Assembly: GCA_034780895.1 (NCBI GenBank)
Contig: JAUZTB010000118.1
Location: 69,593,974 to 69,657,973 of the forward strand
Length of the DNA: 64,000 nt
Reading direction: 5' to 3'
DNA from: Rhynchobatus australiae
Lineage: Eukaryota
Positions 12,426 through 24,708 of the stretch are shown one piece after another. The translations under genes and the position numbers were made by a program. The notes beneath the pieces were generated by a model. That model ran no database searches and was not told the DNA's origin. It was given only the letters and a program-made list of their open reading frames with translations. Numbering within the stretch: the stretch's first letter is position 1; every line of letters starts with the position of its first letter.

Positions 12426-14861
12426 CACTGTTCACACAGATTTATCCAGACAAATGCACTCACACACATCCACACAAAGTGTTAATCACACAAAAACTGT
12501 TACTCCATCGTCTGCACCTACAAGACTAACCTCACTTACACCACCACACACTTACACACAGACAGATGCACGCACGCAAACACACACACACATAAACTTG
12601 CCGCAAAGAGGTTAAAGCTTCAGAGGAAAGATAATCAATAGCTTACTCAGTGTCTGTTGTGTCTTCCCTTCAGGGCAAGACAACAAGGAGTATGAGGTGA
12701 GTTACCAACATTTTACATGTGGGGGAGAGGCGTCCTAATCCTTTTGGGCAGAGGGGCCAGAGAGGTCCAATACACCCAACAAAAGAGTGTAAGAAGTATG
12801 GCAGGGAAGCTCATTAATAATGTTTCAATATGATGACTACATTGTCTTTGATTCAATCTACAGGAGGCATCCTTATGTACCATCCAAATGATGCCATCAC
12901 ATTAAAGATCTATGACTCAGCTTATGATCACAACTATCTTCTAAACATTGTTTAGTCTTTACAGGCTGTTGATTGGATCCTTCTGAACATCAGAACACCA
13001 CCACTCCAAGCAGTTGGGCGGGGGGGGAGGAAGAGGCTGGCATGGGGATGGGGGCAATAAAGATGATGATGAAGGCAACAATGAGTCATCCCTGGTAACA
13101 TTACCTCCAATGTAGCACTGCCTAGGGGTGAACACATTAGTTTAGAGGGATGTCATAAGGAAATATGGTAGGCACTGATATAGAGTCCAGAGAAGGTATA
13201 GGTGTTGGAGAAACCATGCTTCCAAACTGCTCCACAGGGCTCAGATGAGGGTCACATCTGGGAGTTTACATCACCAGACCAGTGTTGACATACACTCAGA
13301 TAATGAGCATATTGTTCAGCCATTCTGACTGAATGCAGATGTCAAGCAGCAGGGAAGACTCCATACTCCTTGCTCTCGTTGGAGGTTGTGTGAGCCTGGA
13401 GACTGTGACAAGTCCCCCCAACGGTTGATTATAAAGGCACATTGGCACTTCTGCCACTCAACACCTGCTGACGTCGGTAGGCGCTGACGGAGTCCCTCTG
13501 CTTCTATATAGACTCAGCTTTGAAGCTCTGAAGTAACAACCATGTGCCTGCCGGGAGCGGTTTGATATCCTCACAGAGCAGGAGAATTCCATGTGAGCAA
13601 ATCATTGTCCCCAATGAGAGGCGAGATGTCATTCTTGAGCAGGCTGGTACTCTCAGTGGTCACTGAGATGTTCCCCTTCAGTGGCTCATAGTTCTTCAGG
13701 AGCGAAGGGATACTGCAGGTCAGTGACCAGGTCTTCTGCACAACACAGATGCAGCACATAAGTGGGTTGCTCTCCTACTGGTGCAAAGAGAATTTGTTTA
13801 TGAGTAGATTACTCTCATACAGGAGCAGAAATATGGCAGGTGGAACCCGTCTCTCCCTCTCTCTCTCTCCTGCAGGAGCAGTGATGTATCACTGCAATTT
13901 ATATAGCTCTTCACCTTGAGCTGAGTCCTGCTCAGATTGCACAGAGTGCTGATTCCAAGGAGTAGTGTGGAGGTGACAGGGTCCCAAATTCACTGTGCTT
14001 TGGGGCCGTTGGCCTGGTCAACTCTGCGTCTGAGTGCCAGCAGATTGTTGCACTGTTGTCCATTCAGTCCCTTGAGAGAGCTCCCCGTTGAAGGAAATGC
14101 TGCCCTCCCTCACAAGCTCACCACTTCACCTCCCATTGCAGCCTCTCAAGGCAACATGCACTCCATACAAGTCATCGCAGAATGCTCCTTCGATTGGCCC
14201 TGGATAGCAGAATGAAACCAACCCATCCAGGGCAAGTTCTTCACCTGGGCCATCAAGGACATCTCTCTGGACACAGAGCACAGACTTCCTCCAGCCAGAC
14301 CGCAGTCACACAGAAGACACTGTGACATTGTGCCTTCAGACCCAATTACAAAGACGTGAAAGGAGAAAAAGCCCATGGGTGTATTATTGAACTGAAAGGT
14401 ATTATTTCCATTCAATTTATTAGATTTTGTTGTATTCTCATGACACCAGCACAGTTGAAAAGCATTCTCATTTGGCACAAATAATATACTTAACTGTGCA
14501 AAGTCACCATGATGTGGCAGCTGCTGTTGCTGCTGCACATCCTGCCATGCCTTCCCTAAAGCTTGACTGTGGCTAGACACCGAGTGAAGCTTTCCCCTTA
14601 ATAATCATAGCCTCAATGCATCAGACCACATGGTTGTAAAAACATTAAGTCATGCCACAGCTGCCGCCTTNNNNNNNNNNNNNNNNNNNNNNNNNNNNNN
14701 NNNNNNNNNCATTCCCCTGCTTGTTCTACTCTTGCACTACTTATCACAGTCATCCCTGAGAAAAGGTCTTCTATGAGGAGCATGGAAATATGAGGGAGGA
14801 GGTTGGCCGAGGGGACACATCTGCTGCATGTTGCTCCCTTCTCTAGGAACCCCTTGCCCCT

Positions 14862-15085
14862 CACAGAGTCACAGCGTTGTATAGCACAGAAGCAGCCCAT
14901 CACATCCATGCCAATCATTTCACCTATCTACACTTTGCCCACATTTGGTCCATGTTATTCAAGTGCCTGTCTAAATGCCTCTTAAATATCGTGACTGTAC
15001 CTGCCTCTACCAACTGCTCTGACAGCATGTTCCAGATATCAACCACACTCTGTGAGAAACTTTTCCTTCAGATCCCCTTTCAATC
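14862..15085 (-). mobile_element. CR1 3' fragment nested in the Harbinger element
   Basis: cacagagtcacagcgttgtatagcacagaagcagccc...tctaaatgcctcttaaatatcgtgactgtacctgcctctacc, the same tail as the other CR1 copies. Confidence 0.8.
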
Positions 15086-15789
15086 ACTTTTATGGATTGA
15101 AAATGACAGAATCAGGTAAGATGACATCAGTGAGAAAAAAAACAGCTTGTGCAAATAAACGTGCCACTAAATTCACCAGATCCACTTGTTGCAATTCTAC
15201 TGGAGATACATCAGTTATGCCTCATTGTGTACCCTGAAATGGTCAGTGGTGCAATGGCATAACATGAACCTCAAATGGAGTCTCATGAGAGAGTTCCCAC
15301 TGTTGAATGACTGTGGCCTTCACTGGCCTTAAAGGTGAGTGACTTAAATGCAATTCCCTACCCAATGAATGTCAAACTGATCAACATGTTGTGATACGCT
15401 GTACTGTTCTGTATACTGTACATTATTCTCATCTGCTATGGTTACGATGCAGACTATTGGTGTTAAGTAGCAGGCAAAAGGATTCAAGATTTCCACCACT
15501 GTTTAGATCTAGAGTGGAGCTGATCTTTAACAGTGGATTTGTGCAGAGTTCATTGTTGTTAAGCAAGGTGTCAGCGTAATGAGATTCTATGGTTCATCTG
15601 TCTGATTATTGGTTTATTATGTTGGAGATAGGGACTGCAGTTTAGAGATGGTGACCTGGTGTGTTCTATTTCATTTTGCAGGCTCCTTTGATCAGGGACT
15701 CTATTTTATCCTACGTGGCCAATGCTTGCCTCAACTGGGTGTGGAAGCTGAACAGGGACAACCCTACCCCCCACCTTCTGGCCATCTTC

Positions 15790-16835
15790 TCTTTCTCTCG
15801 CTCCTTCTGCTCTCCTCATGGTCCTTAGGCTCTGGGTCTCCTTCCTCTTCTTCTGGCGCCAAACGTGATCTTCAATGATCAAGATTATTCAGCATGCAAC
15901 ACAATCCTCCATATCTCTTTGGCATGTACTGCGGGGCACCCCTGGACTTATGCAGGCAACAAAGTCTCAACCATGACGAATATGGTGTTCTCCACTCCTG
16001 TGCAATAGTGGCTCTCATACTTTCAGTTGCTGTGGTTGGAGAGAGCACCGGTGTGAAGGCCCAAGGAAGCAGATCGTAGCTTTTGTCCCTGGATTCATCC
16101 CTTTGGGCAGTGCCAGCTGCAGAAAATGTCCTGTATTGCAGACTGCCTCAGGATGAAAGAGTCAGGTATGCTTTCCAGAAATGCGGCATTCGCACAAGGA
16201 AATTCTTCTTGTGATTCACAATGAAGTGTGCATTTGAAGGAATGGAAACATTTTCCTGTTCATAACCTGCTTGGGTTATTATGGAAAATCCTTGTGGTCA
16301 CATGAGTGCTGCCGATGGCTGCCTGCACTCCTGTGAAGCCAGCAATGCTGGCAAATTCCAGTGACTGAGATGATACCTACTTTTCACTGAAATCAAAATC
16401 ATTTCAATCTCCCCTCTTAGGGTATCTGAGTGCTCTCGCAGATGCAGTGTTGAGCAGCAAATTGGGAGGTGTGGGAGAGTTCTGCTGCGACCGCTTGGAA
16501 AGTTCTTGTGGCAAGAAAATTGAGAGTCAATTTGGCTTTGACCTCCACNNNNNNNNNNNNNNNNNNNNNNNNNNNNNNNNNNNNNNNNNNNNNNNNNNNN
16601 NNNNNNNNNNNNNNNNNNNNNNNNNNNNNNNNNNNNNNNNNNNNNNNNGCTTTGACCTCCACGGAGACACCAGTCCGGGGATGACAGTGTGACCGAAGGT
16701 CTTCCCACCGAATGCCACATTTCTTGGTGATGACCGCCTTGGAAAACCCAAATCTGTGAAAGGATTGCTCATCAGGGAGGTCCGGATAGGATGCTGTGTG
16801 TCTGAAGACATTGTGGGAGTAGGCTCTTGGCATGG
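15790..16835 (-). pseudogene. Harbinger (HARBI1-like) DDE transposase, frameshifted
   Basis: Manual translation gives VFRHTASYPDLPDEQ..RFGFSKAVI, LTLNFLATRTFQ, FASIAGFTGVQAAIGSTHV, MNRK, DSFILRQS, GDKSYDLLPWAFTPV, VENTI, CLHKSRGAPQYMP and CCMLNNL, then an acidic tail. The order is that of HARBI1-family transposases. Confidence 0.88.
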
Positions 16836-17705
16836 CTTTACCTCCTGCCCCACTGTTACTGACCCACCCTCGGAGGCCATGGATAGAACAATGCCGGCAG
16901 TAAAGGGGCACTGCCCAGTGTTTCACTGCTGAGGCACCTGTGGAATAAGTATTTCAGCAGCTAAATGCTAGAAAAAAAACACTCACTGTTAGTTGCAGCA
17001 CACTCTGTAGACTTTGGAAGGTGTTTGAGCAACCTGTAGCCACTTCTGATGGTGCCCAGTCAGGTCTCCTCATGTCAGCAGAGTGTTCCTTGAATAGCAA
17101 AAAAAGCAACAAGCTATCGCAGTGTACTCCTGGTTCTACTGGCCTGTTCAATGAGGCTGCTGCTCTGATTTATGTTGGTATGAGCCGAAACGTGTGTTAC
17201 ACGAGTGATGCTGTCATTTGCTGTGCGCCTGATGATAGGAAAACATCAGAGCCACTAGAATGAAAAGCATCCTCTCCAATTTTGTGTCTGGTGTGATTTC
17301 ACCTGGAAATGATCACAATCCAATCTGCTCTGGGTAAACTTGAAATTGGACCATGCAGCATACGAAACACAGGGACTTACTCAATCCGATTTCTAAGCAT
17401 GTATTCACTAATNNNNNNNNNNNNNNNNNNNNNNNNNNNNNNNNNNNNNNNNNNNAGCCAGGTGTTAATAATTTATCGTGGCCAGTCCAGATTTTATTTC
17501 ATGCGCTCACTATGGATGTCCTTATCTGCAAGTCGTACAAATGTAGTACAGCATGCAAGACAGATGAAAGTCAATCGTAAATTACTAGATTTATATCCTT
17601 TCTAGGTTTATTGCACGGCTGAATTTTTATGGTGCAGCAAGCCTTTGGCCTGTGCTATTCCCCAAGCTTGAACACTCTTGGCAGGCCTGTAGTTATCCTA
17701 CTCAC

Positions 17706-17878
17706 CCCTGGAGACTTGCTGCGGTACTGATTGGCATGCTGCTGAAGTAGATCCAGTGCCTTGGATTCAGCCGCTGGTTTAGTGCTTACATTGGGACTTG
17801 TGCTTGATTTCTCTGTTTCCTCTCGGCTGGACATCTTCCCGTAGACGGGGTAGTGAAACCCCGGAGAAAGGTATGCCC
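17706..17878 (-). CDS. ZNF608: ZNF608 coding exon (G)[14 protein letters not shown]...[19 protein letters not shown]
   Basis: Acceptor ctacag|GG and donor GGG|gtgagt. 173 nt, phase 1 to 0. Confidence 0.96.
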
Positions 17879-17954
17879 CTGTAGATTGGCAAGAGACATG
17901 GTTGAGTTTTATACGGCTTGGTTTTGAGGGGGGAATCTAGCACTCTAATGAGAT

Positions 17955-18095
17955 TTTTTTCTCTCCTTCCCAGTTCTGACGAAGGACCTTTGACCCGAAA
18001 CATTAACTCTGTTTTTTTCCCATAGATAGGGCTTGACCTGCTGAGCATTTCCAGCTTTTATTTTAGATTTCTCGCATCTGCAGTTTTTTTTCTTG
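17955..18095 (+). mobile_element. Short Penelope-like element with hammerhead core
   Basis: agtt-CTGACGA-aggacctttgaccc-GAAAC-att-aact at 17972-18008, then gacctgctgagcatttccagc...gcatctgcagtt. Confidence 0.72.
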
Positions 18096-18385
18096 CAATG
18101 GATTTTCCTGTTTACATTTCCAAGTTACACACTGCGCGGTGCTTTCATTATCTAAACTAGCGGGCAGCCCTGGTTCTATTTTTAAACCCGTTATCGATCT
18201 TAGTACTTCATATTTCTTTGGTTAATGCTGATAAATAAATTATACTAGAAAGAAAGTGCTTATCAATTTTGCACTTCCACACCTGACTTTCAATATTCAC
18301 AAGAAACATGCTTCACAAATCAACTTGATCATCAGAACTTCTATACGTTATTGCTTTTAATTCCACAGACAGCATAATGACCTAC

Positions 18386-18913
18386 CTGGGTAACTGTGCA
18401 TTAGCACTGGAGACACTGCTCGATAGGCCGGGTCATATATCTGTGAATAAGGATTATAAGCGTGCAGATACTGAATGTAAGACTGATGCTGATGCTGATT
18501 CATTGGCGAAGAGACAGCCACGCGCGCCCCTCTAGAATCCTTTGCAATGACGGGAGTCTTGCGATCATCACTTTTACTTTTATGTTCCTCCAGCGAGAGG
18601 GACTGAGATTCAGCCCTTTTGGCCTCCTTTGGTTCCTCTTTTATGTTGGTTACTGTAACGGGAATGTTGGATATACTTCCCTCTTTGTTGGAGGCCTTGN
18701 NNNNNNNNNNNNNNNNNNNNNNNNNNNNNNNNNNNNNNNNNNNNNNNNNNNNNNNNNNNNNNNNNNNNNNNNNNNNNNNNNNNNNNNNNNNNNNNNNNNC
18801 TTGATTGGACTGTCTTCTTTCTGTTTCTTCTCTCGTTCAAAGTCATCTGTTTTTTGCTGTTCCATATATTTAGGTTGGTAAACATAATGATGCCATGCCC
18901 GTGTGTCTGGGTC
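18386..18913 (-). CDS. ZNF608: ZNF608 coding exon [16 protein letters not shown]...[11 protein letters not shown](G), interrupted by a 100-N gap
   Basis: Acceptor ctacacag|GAC at 18914/18913 and donor CCCAG|gtaggt at 18386/18385. Both sides of the gap translate to ZNF608-like peptide. Confidence 0.93.
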
Positions 18914-19909
18914 CTGTGTAGAAAGAACATGTAGACTTCATTTTCCACACCTGATAAAACCTATGCAGTAAATCCCTATACTGCACGTTACATGTGCAAA
19001 TATCAGACAAAGCTCATTTTGATGAAACTGTGCAGTGATCAGACTGATTTTTAAATAAAAAGCAATCATGGTTATCTACTGTGAATTAAGAGGGACTTTA
19101 CAACTCATAGGGAGAGCAATTACCAGGGGAGACTCCTCAAACCACTCTCCAAGAGATCAGCAGGAAATATAGGTCCTGACAAATTTTTTTTCTAATTATA
19201 TAGTTTTTTATTCTGTGCAGAATAGAACAAACAGGAAACTAATTACACTTCGATAACTAGCTCCGTACAACCAGTGCCCTAAAGTGTATGTGTATAACAA
19301 ACTATAAACATTCTGCAGGTGTCTTGGAATTGACACAGGGTGCAATTGAAAAAGGGAGGCAAGGTCCTTTAATGCTTAATCAATTATTGACTCAAAACTC
19401 CTGATCTGCTTTTGCTAGAAAAGGTTACAGAGGAGTAATGTATTGTTTAAAATGGTCACTTCAATAATATTTTGATATATTGTCACTTCCATACATACCT
19501 TTGAAACCATTGTACATGTATACACTTAATTTTCATTTCAAAACATTTTTAGAAATCAGTGTTCCTTTAGACTTGGTATTTTATTCACTTTGGAAGACTC
19601 CAAAGCCTGAACATATTTTTATCAAGTCATCACTCTTAAGCTTTCCCGGTCGAGGGAGCAGCAACACCAAATTCCCTCATCCTCTTCCTTCGCAGTGTCA
19701 ACTGCAATACCTCTATCATTGTTGGCAGCAGAAGTCAGATTTAATCTCCTGTATTGTCTGAGCCTACACACCTGTGATGCTGCTAAAAGCAAGATTTTCA
19801 TTGTAACTGTACCTCATCAAACTTGTGCAATAAACCCAACTTCTTATTCTGTAGAACTTCCTCTATTGCTTTTTCCATTTGACTCTCCACCTTTAATGAC
19901 TACCATTTC

Positions 19910-20335
19910 ATAGATGATAGAAATGGGCCCTTTCAACCCACCTCGTCCATGCTGACTGTGATGCCTATCTACACCAATCCCACATGACAGCATTTGGCCC
20001 AAATCTCTCTATGCCTTTCCTATCCAGGTACCTGTCCAAATGCCTTTTAAACATTCTAATTGTATCTGCATCCTCTGGCAGCTTGTTCCAGATATTCACT
20101 ACCTTCTGTGAAAAGCTTATCTCTCAGATCTCCTCAAACTTCTTCCCTCTCATCTTAAACTTATGCTGTCTACTTCTGGACTCCCTGCCCTGAGAACAAA
20201 AATCTTCCTACCTCTGCCCCTCATATCTTTATAATCCTCTATACGGTCAACTCTCAGCCTTCTACATTTCAGAGAGAATAAACCCAGCCTATCTAGTCTC
20301 ATAACTACAGCCCTCCATTCCAGGCAACATCCTGA
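19910..20335 (-). mobile_element. CR1 3' fragment
   Basis: Aligns by eye with the CR1 copies at 28755 and 56990 (ggtacctgtccaaatgccttttaaac; ccaggcaacatcctg). Confidence 0.85.
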
Positions 20336-20586
20336 CCTTCAAGGCATCCATTTGCCACGTTTTCCATTATGCCACTGTATAGTTTTGTTCGACAAATTCT
20401 AATGTTAATACCCTTCATCAATACCAGATTATCTTAAGAAAATATTGTTACATTTATAAACCTCAGCCCACAAGCTTGAGGTATATTTACCCATTAACCA
20501 CTTGGAGAGCAGTATTTATTTTTACATAAAAATTTAGAATTGATAACATTAGCGCTTGAGCATTTCTGACATCATCAGCTGCCCAC

Positions 20587-23077
20587 CTGTTTGAAGCGCA
20601 GGGTGGGATCCACTCCTGTCTGTTTCATAGAGTCCATGACAGACTTCATTTCCACCGCTTCCTTGATGAGCTGGTGATTCTCCATTTGCTTGGCTTTAAG
20701 CCCATCAGCTGCCAGTTGTTGCTGCATCTGTGATTTCACAACCTCATCTGGTTTGTTTGTGATCCCGGGCTTTGAGGAATCTGACAGCAAGAAAGCATCC
20801 TTGCCCTTTGTGCTGTTTTTGTTTGGCTCTGGGGTGGAAGGAGCTTTAGAGATTGTAGCAGTCGGGATATTTTTCTGCTTTAGCTCCTCTTTTCCCAGTT
20901 CCTTTTGCTGGCCTTCCCCTTTTCTTTCATTGTCCCTCCCTATCTGCTGCAGTTTCTGCTCTGCAAACCGCTGCTCTTCGTAAAACTTCTCGTACTGCTG
21001 TCTGTAAGAAGGATTTGTCATTATTGACTTCTGGTCAACGTAACACAGCCCATATGCATACTGTCCATAATAGAGTGACTGAGCAAGTGCTGGGTGTCTT
21101 TGTGTTATGACGGATTGATGCTGAGCTTGAATATTTACTGTACTTGCGTCATTTTTCTTAACATCCAAAACCTCGACCTTGTCCTTCTTCTCAGTCTCTT
21201 CCTCCATCTCTTTTTTCACTTTGGTGCTCTGGGATGCGGAAGTGTTTCCTGTTGTGGTGCTACTGACCTGACTGGGGTGCATGTAATTTGGGGAATAGTA
21301 AGGCTCATAACCATGGTAAAAAGGGGAATGAGTCTCTTTGCTTTGCACTGGCTGAGAAGTGGCTGAGGAGTGAGTTTTTACAACAGTGTCCTTAGAGGAA
21401 ATTGTATCTGCAGGAGAATTAGTCTTTGATCTGATGCTCTCTGATCTGCTGTCAGAGCCTCCGTCATCAGCTGCATCAGAAATGTCCGAGTAAGCGGGGC
21501 TGTTAGTTTTGGTCGCAGTCCCATCACCACCATTTTGTGTTAAAACGTGTAATGGCGTCATGGGAGATTGTCCATTAACCAGACTACTGCATTCCAGCCT
21601 ACAGGCACTCCCGATAGAAGGGCTGGGAGCATTGTCGGTGAATGTGTAAACCTTGTCAGCCTCAGCTTTAATGCTGGCCATCCTGCTCTCCTGAGAGTCA
21701 CACAAACCATTCACAAGCACTTCATTCTTATTGAGATGTTCTTTTAAAAAATGTGCAGCCAGCTCTTTTGCGGAAGCCTTTAAATCCTCAGGTTTCCCTA
21801 GCTTAGAGTCCATCTTTGGGCTGACTGTCTCTTTGCCCTCTTTGTCTTTTAGTTTTCGCTTCTCTTTCTTCTTTTTATCCTTGAGCGAGGACAGGGCTGG
21901 GTTTACTGTGCTAGGCTCTCCCATAATTGTGGGCTTTGGTTGAATAGGTTTCAGTGGTGGGCTCTTTGGTGTTGCCTGGACAACTGTTGTAGTAAGAGAG
22001 GGCAGCCCTGGTATTGTTCCTGCAGTGGTGGTTGTGAATGTAGCAGTGGGAATAGCAATCAGTTGTGGCGGGGGAGGTGCAGGAGCAATAGGTCTAGTTG
22101 TCTTCAGCTTTGATAATGTTTTGTCCACTTTTCCACTGCTGTTCTTTTTGCCTTTTTCTTTTTCAACCAAGTTTTTCTTATCTATCACTCCCTCAACCTC
22201 AAGTTTTGGCATTTCTGAAGCTGAGCCACCATCAGGGACTGAGCAACTTTCCAAAGCTGCTGTCATATTAGAAATCACAGGCAGGTTACTCAGGTCACTG
22301 TTGAGACCTTTCTTTTTGCTAGTGTTTTTCCCGGATTTCGAGTTGACTACAGGGCTCTGAGCATTGTTAGCGATGTCCCGGCGCCCCTTCGGTGTCCCTG
22401 GGGTGCCGACGGAAATGGGCGATGGCGGTGCTTTTACCTGCTCATAACTCAGCCCAGTGCCAGGAAGCAAAGTGCCGTTTCCAGTTTCAGACGGTTCAAC
22501 ACCAATCGCCACATTATTCAGAGCCTCGTCACAATCCGACATTTTGTCTTCGATGTCAGGCTCAAATTCCAGTTTATTTTCGGGATCTAAATGTGCATGA
22601 GCCTGGTGGTAGCGTAAACCATTGATGTGTTTGTACTTCTTGCTGCAGTTTGGATGGGGACAGTCAATCAGTACTGGGGAAGAGCAACCCTGTTCTACAA
22701 ACATGGGCTCTGGCTTCCCTTGTGGTGTAGTGGGAGTGCTTCTGGAATTTGTGCGGACCCGCTTCCCGGACTTAGTGTCCTCAGAACTAGAGTTTAGGTC
22801 CAGTTCCATGGGAGGCTTGTTCTTCCTTTTATTGATGGGCGAGGGGCTGGTTTTCACATCCTCCACCGTACAATTAGGAGGTGTCCTGCGACCATTCGAG
22901 TTAAGACTGCCCCGCCGCCCTTTCCCATTGGCACCACCACCCCTGTTCTTGTTTTGCATGCCTCTGGACTCCGTGAAGCCAGTATCGTTTATTGGAGCAT
23001 TAGCAACAGAGCGTGCCCTTTTCCCTCGGCCTCGACTGGCTCGCATTTCAAGGTCACTTGTGGGCGATTCACAAAAT
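20587..23077 (-). CDS. ZNF608: ZNF608 large central exon (about 830 codons) including the C2H2 zinc finger
   Basis: Lies within the 839-aa ORF 20575-23094. Acceptor ttccacag|A at 23078/23077, donor AAACAG|gtgggc at 20587/20586, 2491 nt. Motifs [38 protein letters not shown] and SPAYSDISD match recalled ZNF608 better than ZNF609. Confidence 0.97.
22591..22662 (-). other. ZNF608: Single C2H2 zinc finger [24 protein letters not shown]
   Basis: C-x4-C-x12-H-x4-H pattern in the translated large exon. Confidence 0.95.
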
Positions 23078-23269
23078 CTGTGGAATGTAAACATTTCGAA
23101 TCAGTATCAGCATGAACTGGTTTGTATACATTGGAGCTCAGTCAAAAGGAAAGGAAACAGAAAGCTGCTTCTGAAAGAACTTTAAATGAAGCTCAAGACA
23201 TGCCTGTAGATCCTATGTACCTTTATGATGCACTTTCATTATTTTCACAGAATCACGGAAACAAGGCCT

Positions 23270-23552
23270 CCAGTCGCACCAACCATCAAGCACCTCTTTC
23301 TCTAATCCCACACTAATCTCACTTTATTCGCCCCACATTGCCACCAACTCTGCCCTTCCCCCAGCCCCGCCAGATTTTTCTACTCATTTACACACTAGGG
23401 GCGGTTTACAGTGGCCAATTACCCTTTAGAATGTGGGAGGAAACCCACGCGGTGACAAGGAGGATGCACAAACTCCACACAGACAGTACCAAAGGTCGGG
23501 ATTGAACCTGGGTCACTGGAGCTGTGAAGCAGCAGCTGTACATACCAACCAC
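23270..23552 (-). mobile_element. tRNA-derived SINE
   Basis: gaatgtgggaggaaacccacgcggtgacaaggaggatgcacaaactccacacagacag...gggattgaacctgggtcactggagctgtga (reverse B box). Related fragment at 11820-11884. Confidence 0.8.
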
Positions 23553-24620
23553 TCCTTCTTGTGGAAGTTGGTTGGCAATGATTCTATAATCTTTAAAGAT
23601 ATGATAAAACAAAAGACTGCTCGGTTTCCTGATAGGAAGACTGAGATAAATGGTTAGTTCTGGCTCTTTATCTCTGTGAACTGGATCCAAAACCAGTCCA
23701 GATGGAACAGTGAATGATCTCTCTGTTGCTGTTAAATTCCTGCATCAAATGAGCTTGGCTAATTTCAACATTGGGATTGCCTCAGAAAGTAAAAGTGCAA
23801 TACACTTTGGCTGCTGCCATTAAACTGGAAGCCATACGCAGTGCTGAACTAGAGGAGATTGATCAGAGGTAATCAATGCGATCTGACAGTCAAAACGCCT
23901 AGCAAGCTGTGTTGTTGAATTGATAGAATATTCTTCAGGGACTGATGTGCTGAACTGTACAGTGCTCTGGTCAAGTTGCACCATGAGTACTGTGCCTAGT
24001 CACTGACACTTGAGACTAAGAGCCACAAATCCCCACATGGTAGACTCTGAGGGCTAAATCATGAGATATTTCGGAAAATCCTAGACTAATCAATCTTCAA
24101 TGTAGGAAAATGGAAGGAGACCACAGAGGGATAGCTAAAGAATCAAGGAGAATAATCTTGAGCACACCTTTGTGTACCACAACTCAGAATAGGGAGACAA
24201 AAGTACAAACTAAGCAAAGAAACATGCACATCTATGTTTTATTTAAAATGCAAAGATCTTTCAGGAAGCAGTGGAATCAAAAGTCATCATTATAAAGGCA
24301 GTTAGATTATGTGACAAGGTGATCAGAGGTTCCAATGGAAAAGGAACTCAGTGGGATGAATTGCCTCCCTACATTGTTAAGAAGTACCAAACATCCTTTC
24401 TCTACTTATTGTTGATTCTGGGAACACACGTCTGGTAATGTGCACTCAGAAAAACCAGGAAAAAAACCTAAATGAATGCAGAGCATATTTTGCCCCATTC
24501 GGCGTATTTTCTGTGATGCAGTTTTTTTCCAAATTATATTTATTTCATGTTCTTCGACACATAAATTAGAAATCATCCTGAATTACAGCAAGACCTTAAA
24601 CACACACAATGTGGGTTTAC

Positions 24621-24708
24621 CTTGGAGGAGCCCAGTCATGCTTTGTGCAGTCCAATAGCGTGCCTACATAGGTCTTATTTCGCCAGGTCACATTTACCAC
24701 CAGGACAC
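24621..24708 (-). CDS. ZNF608: ZNF608 coding exon, (G)[28 protein letters not shown](R)
   Basis: Not in the ORF track; read manually. Acceptor tgttgcag|GT, donor CCAAG|gtaaac. 88 nt, phase 1 to 2, joins both neighbouring exons in frame. Confidence 0.97.

Larger units (their letters stand above)
11994..17290. mobile_element. Decayed autonomous-type Harbinger/PIF DNA transposon inside a ZNF608 intron
   Basis: Convergent Myb/SANT-like remnant (+) and DDE transposase remnant (-). Candidate TIR cores caaaattgg (11996-12004) and ccaattttg (17276-17284). Boundaries are approximate. Confidence 0.7.

Noticed and set aside
15790-16835. Functional domesticated HARBI1 gene nested in ZNF608
   Set aside because: Multiple frameshifts, a stop and loss of the first catalytic Asp.
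20575-23094. Treating the 839-aa ORF as a single-exon gene, or as ZNF609
   Set aside because: It is bounded by splice sites and joins in-phase flanking exons. The sequence and QRRE* end match recalled ZNF608.
20690-23185. Plus-strand ORFs (97, 90, 70, 111, 77 and 187 aa) overlapping the large exon
   Set aside because: Antisense shadows of the ZNF608 coding exon with no independent protein features.
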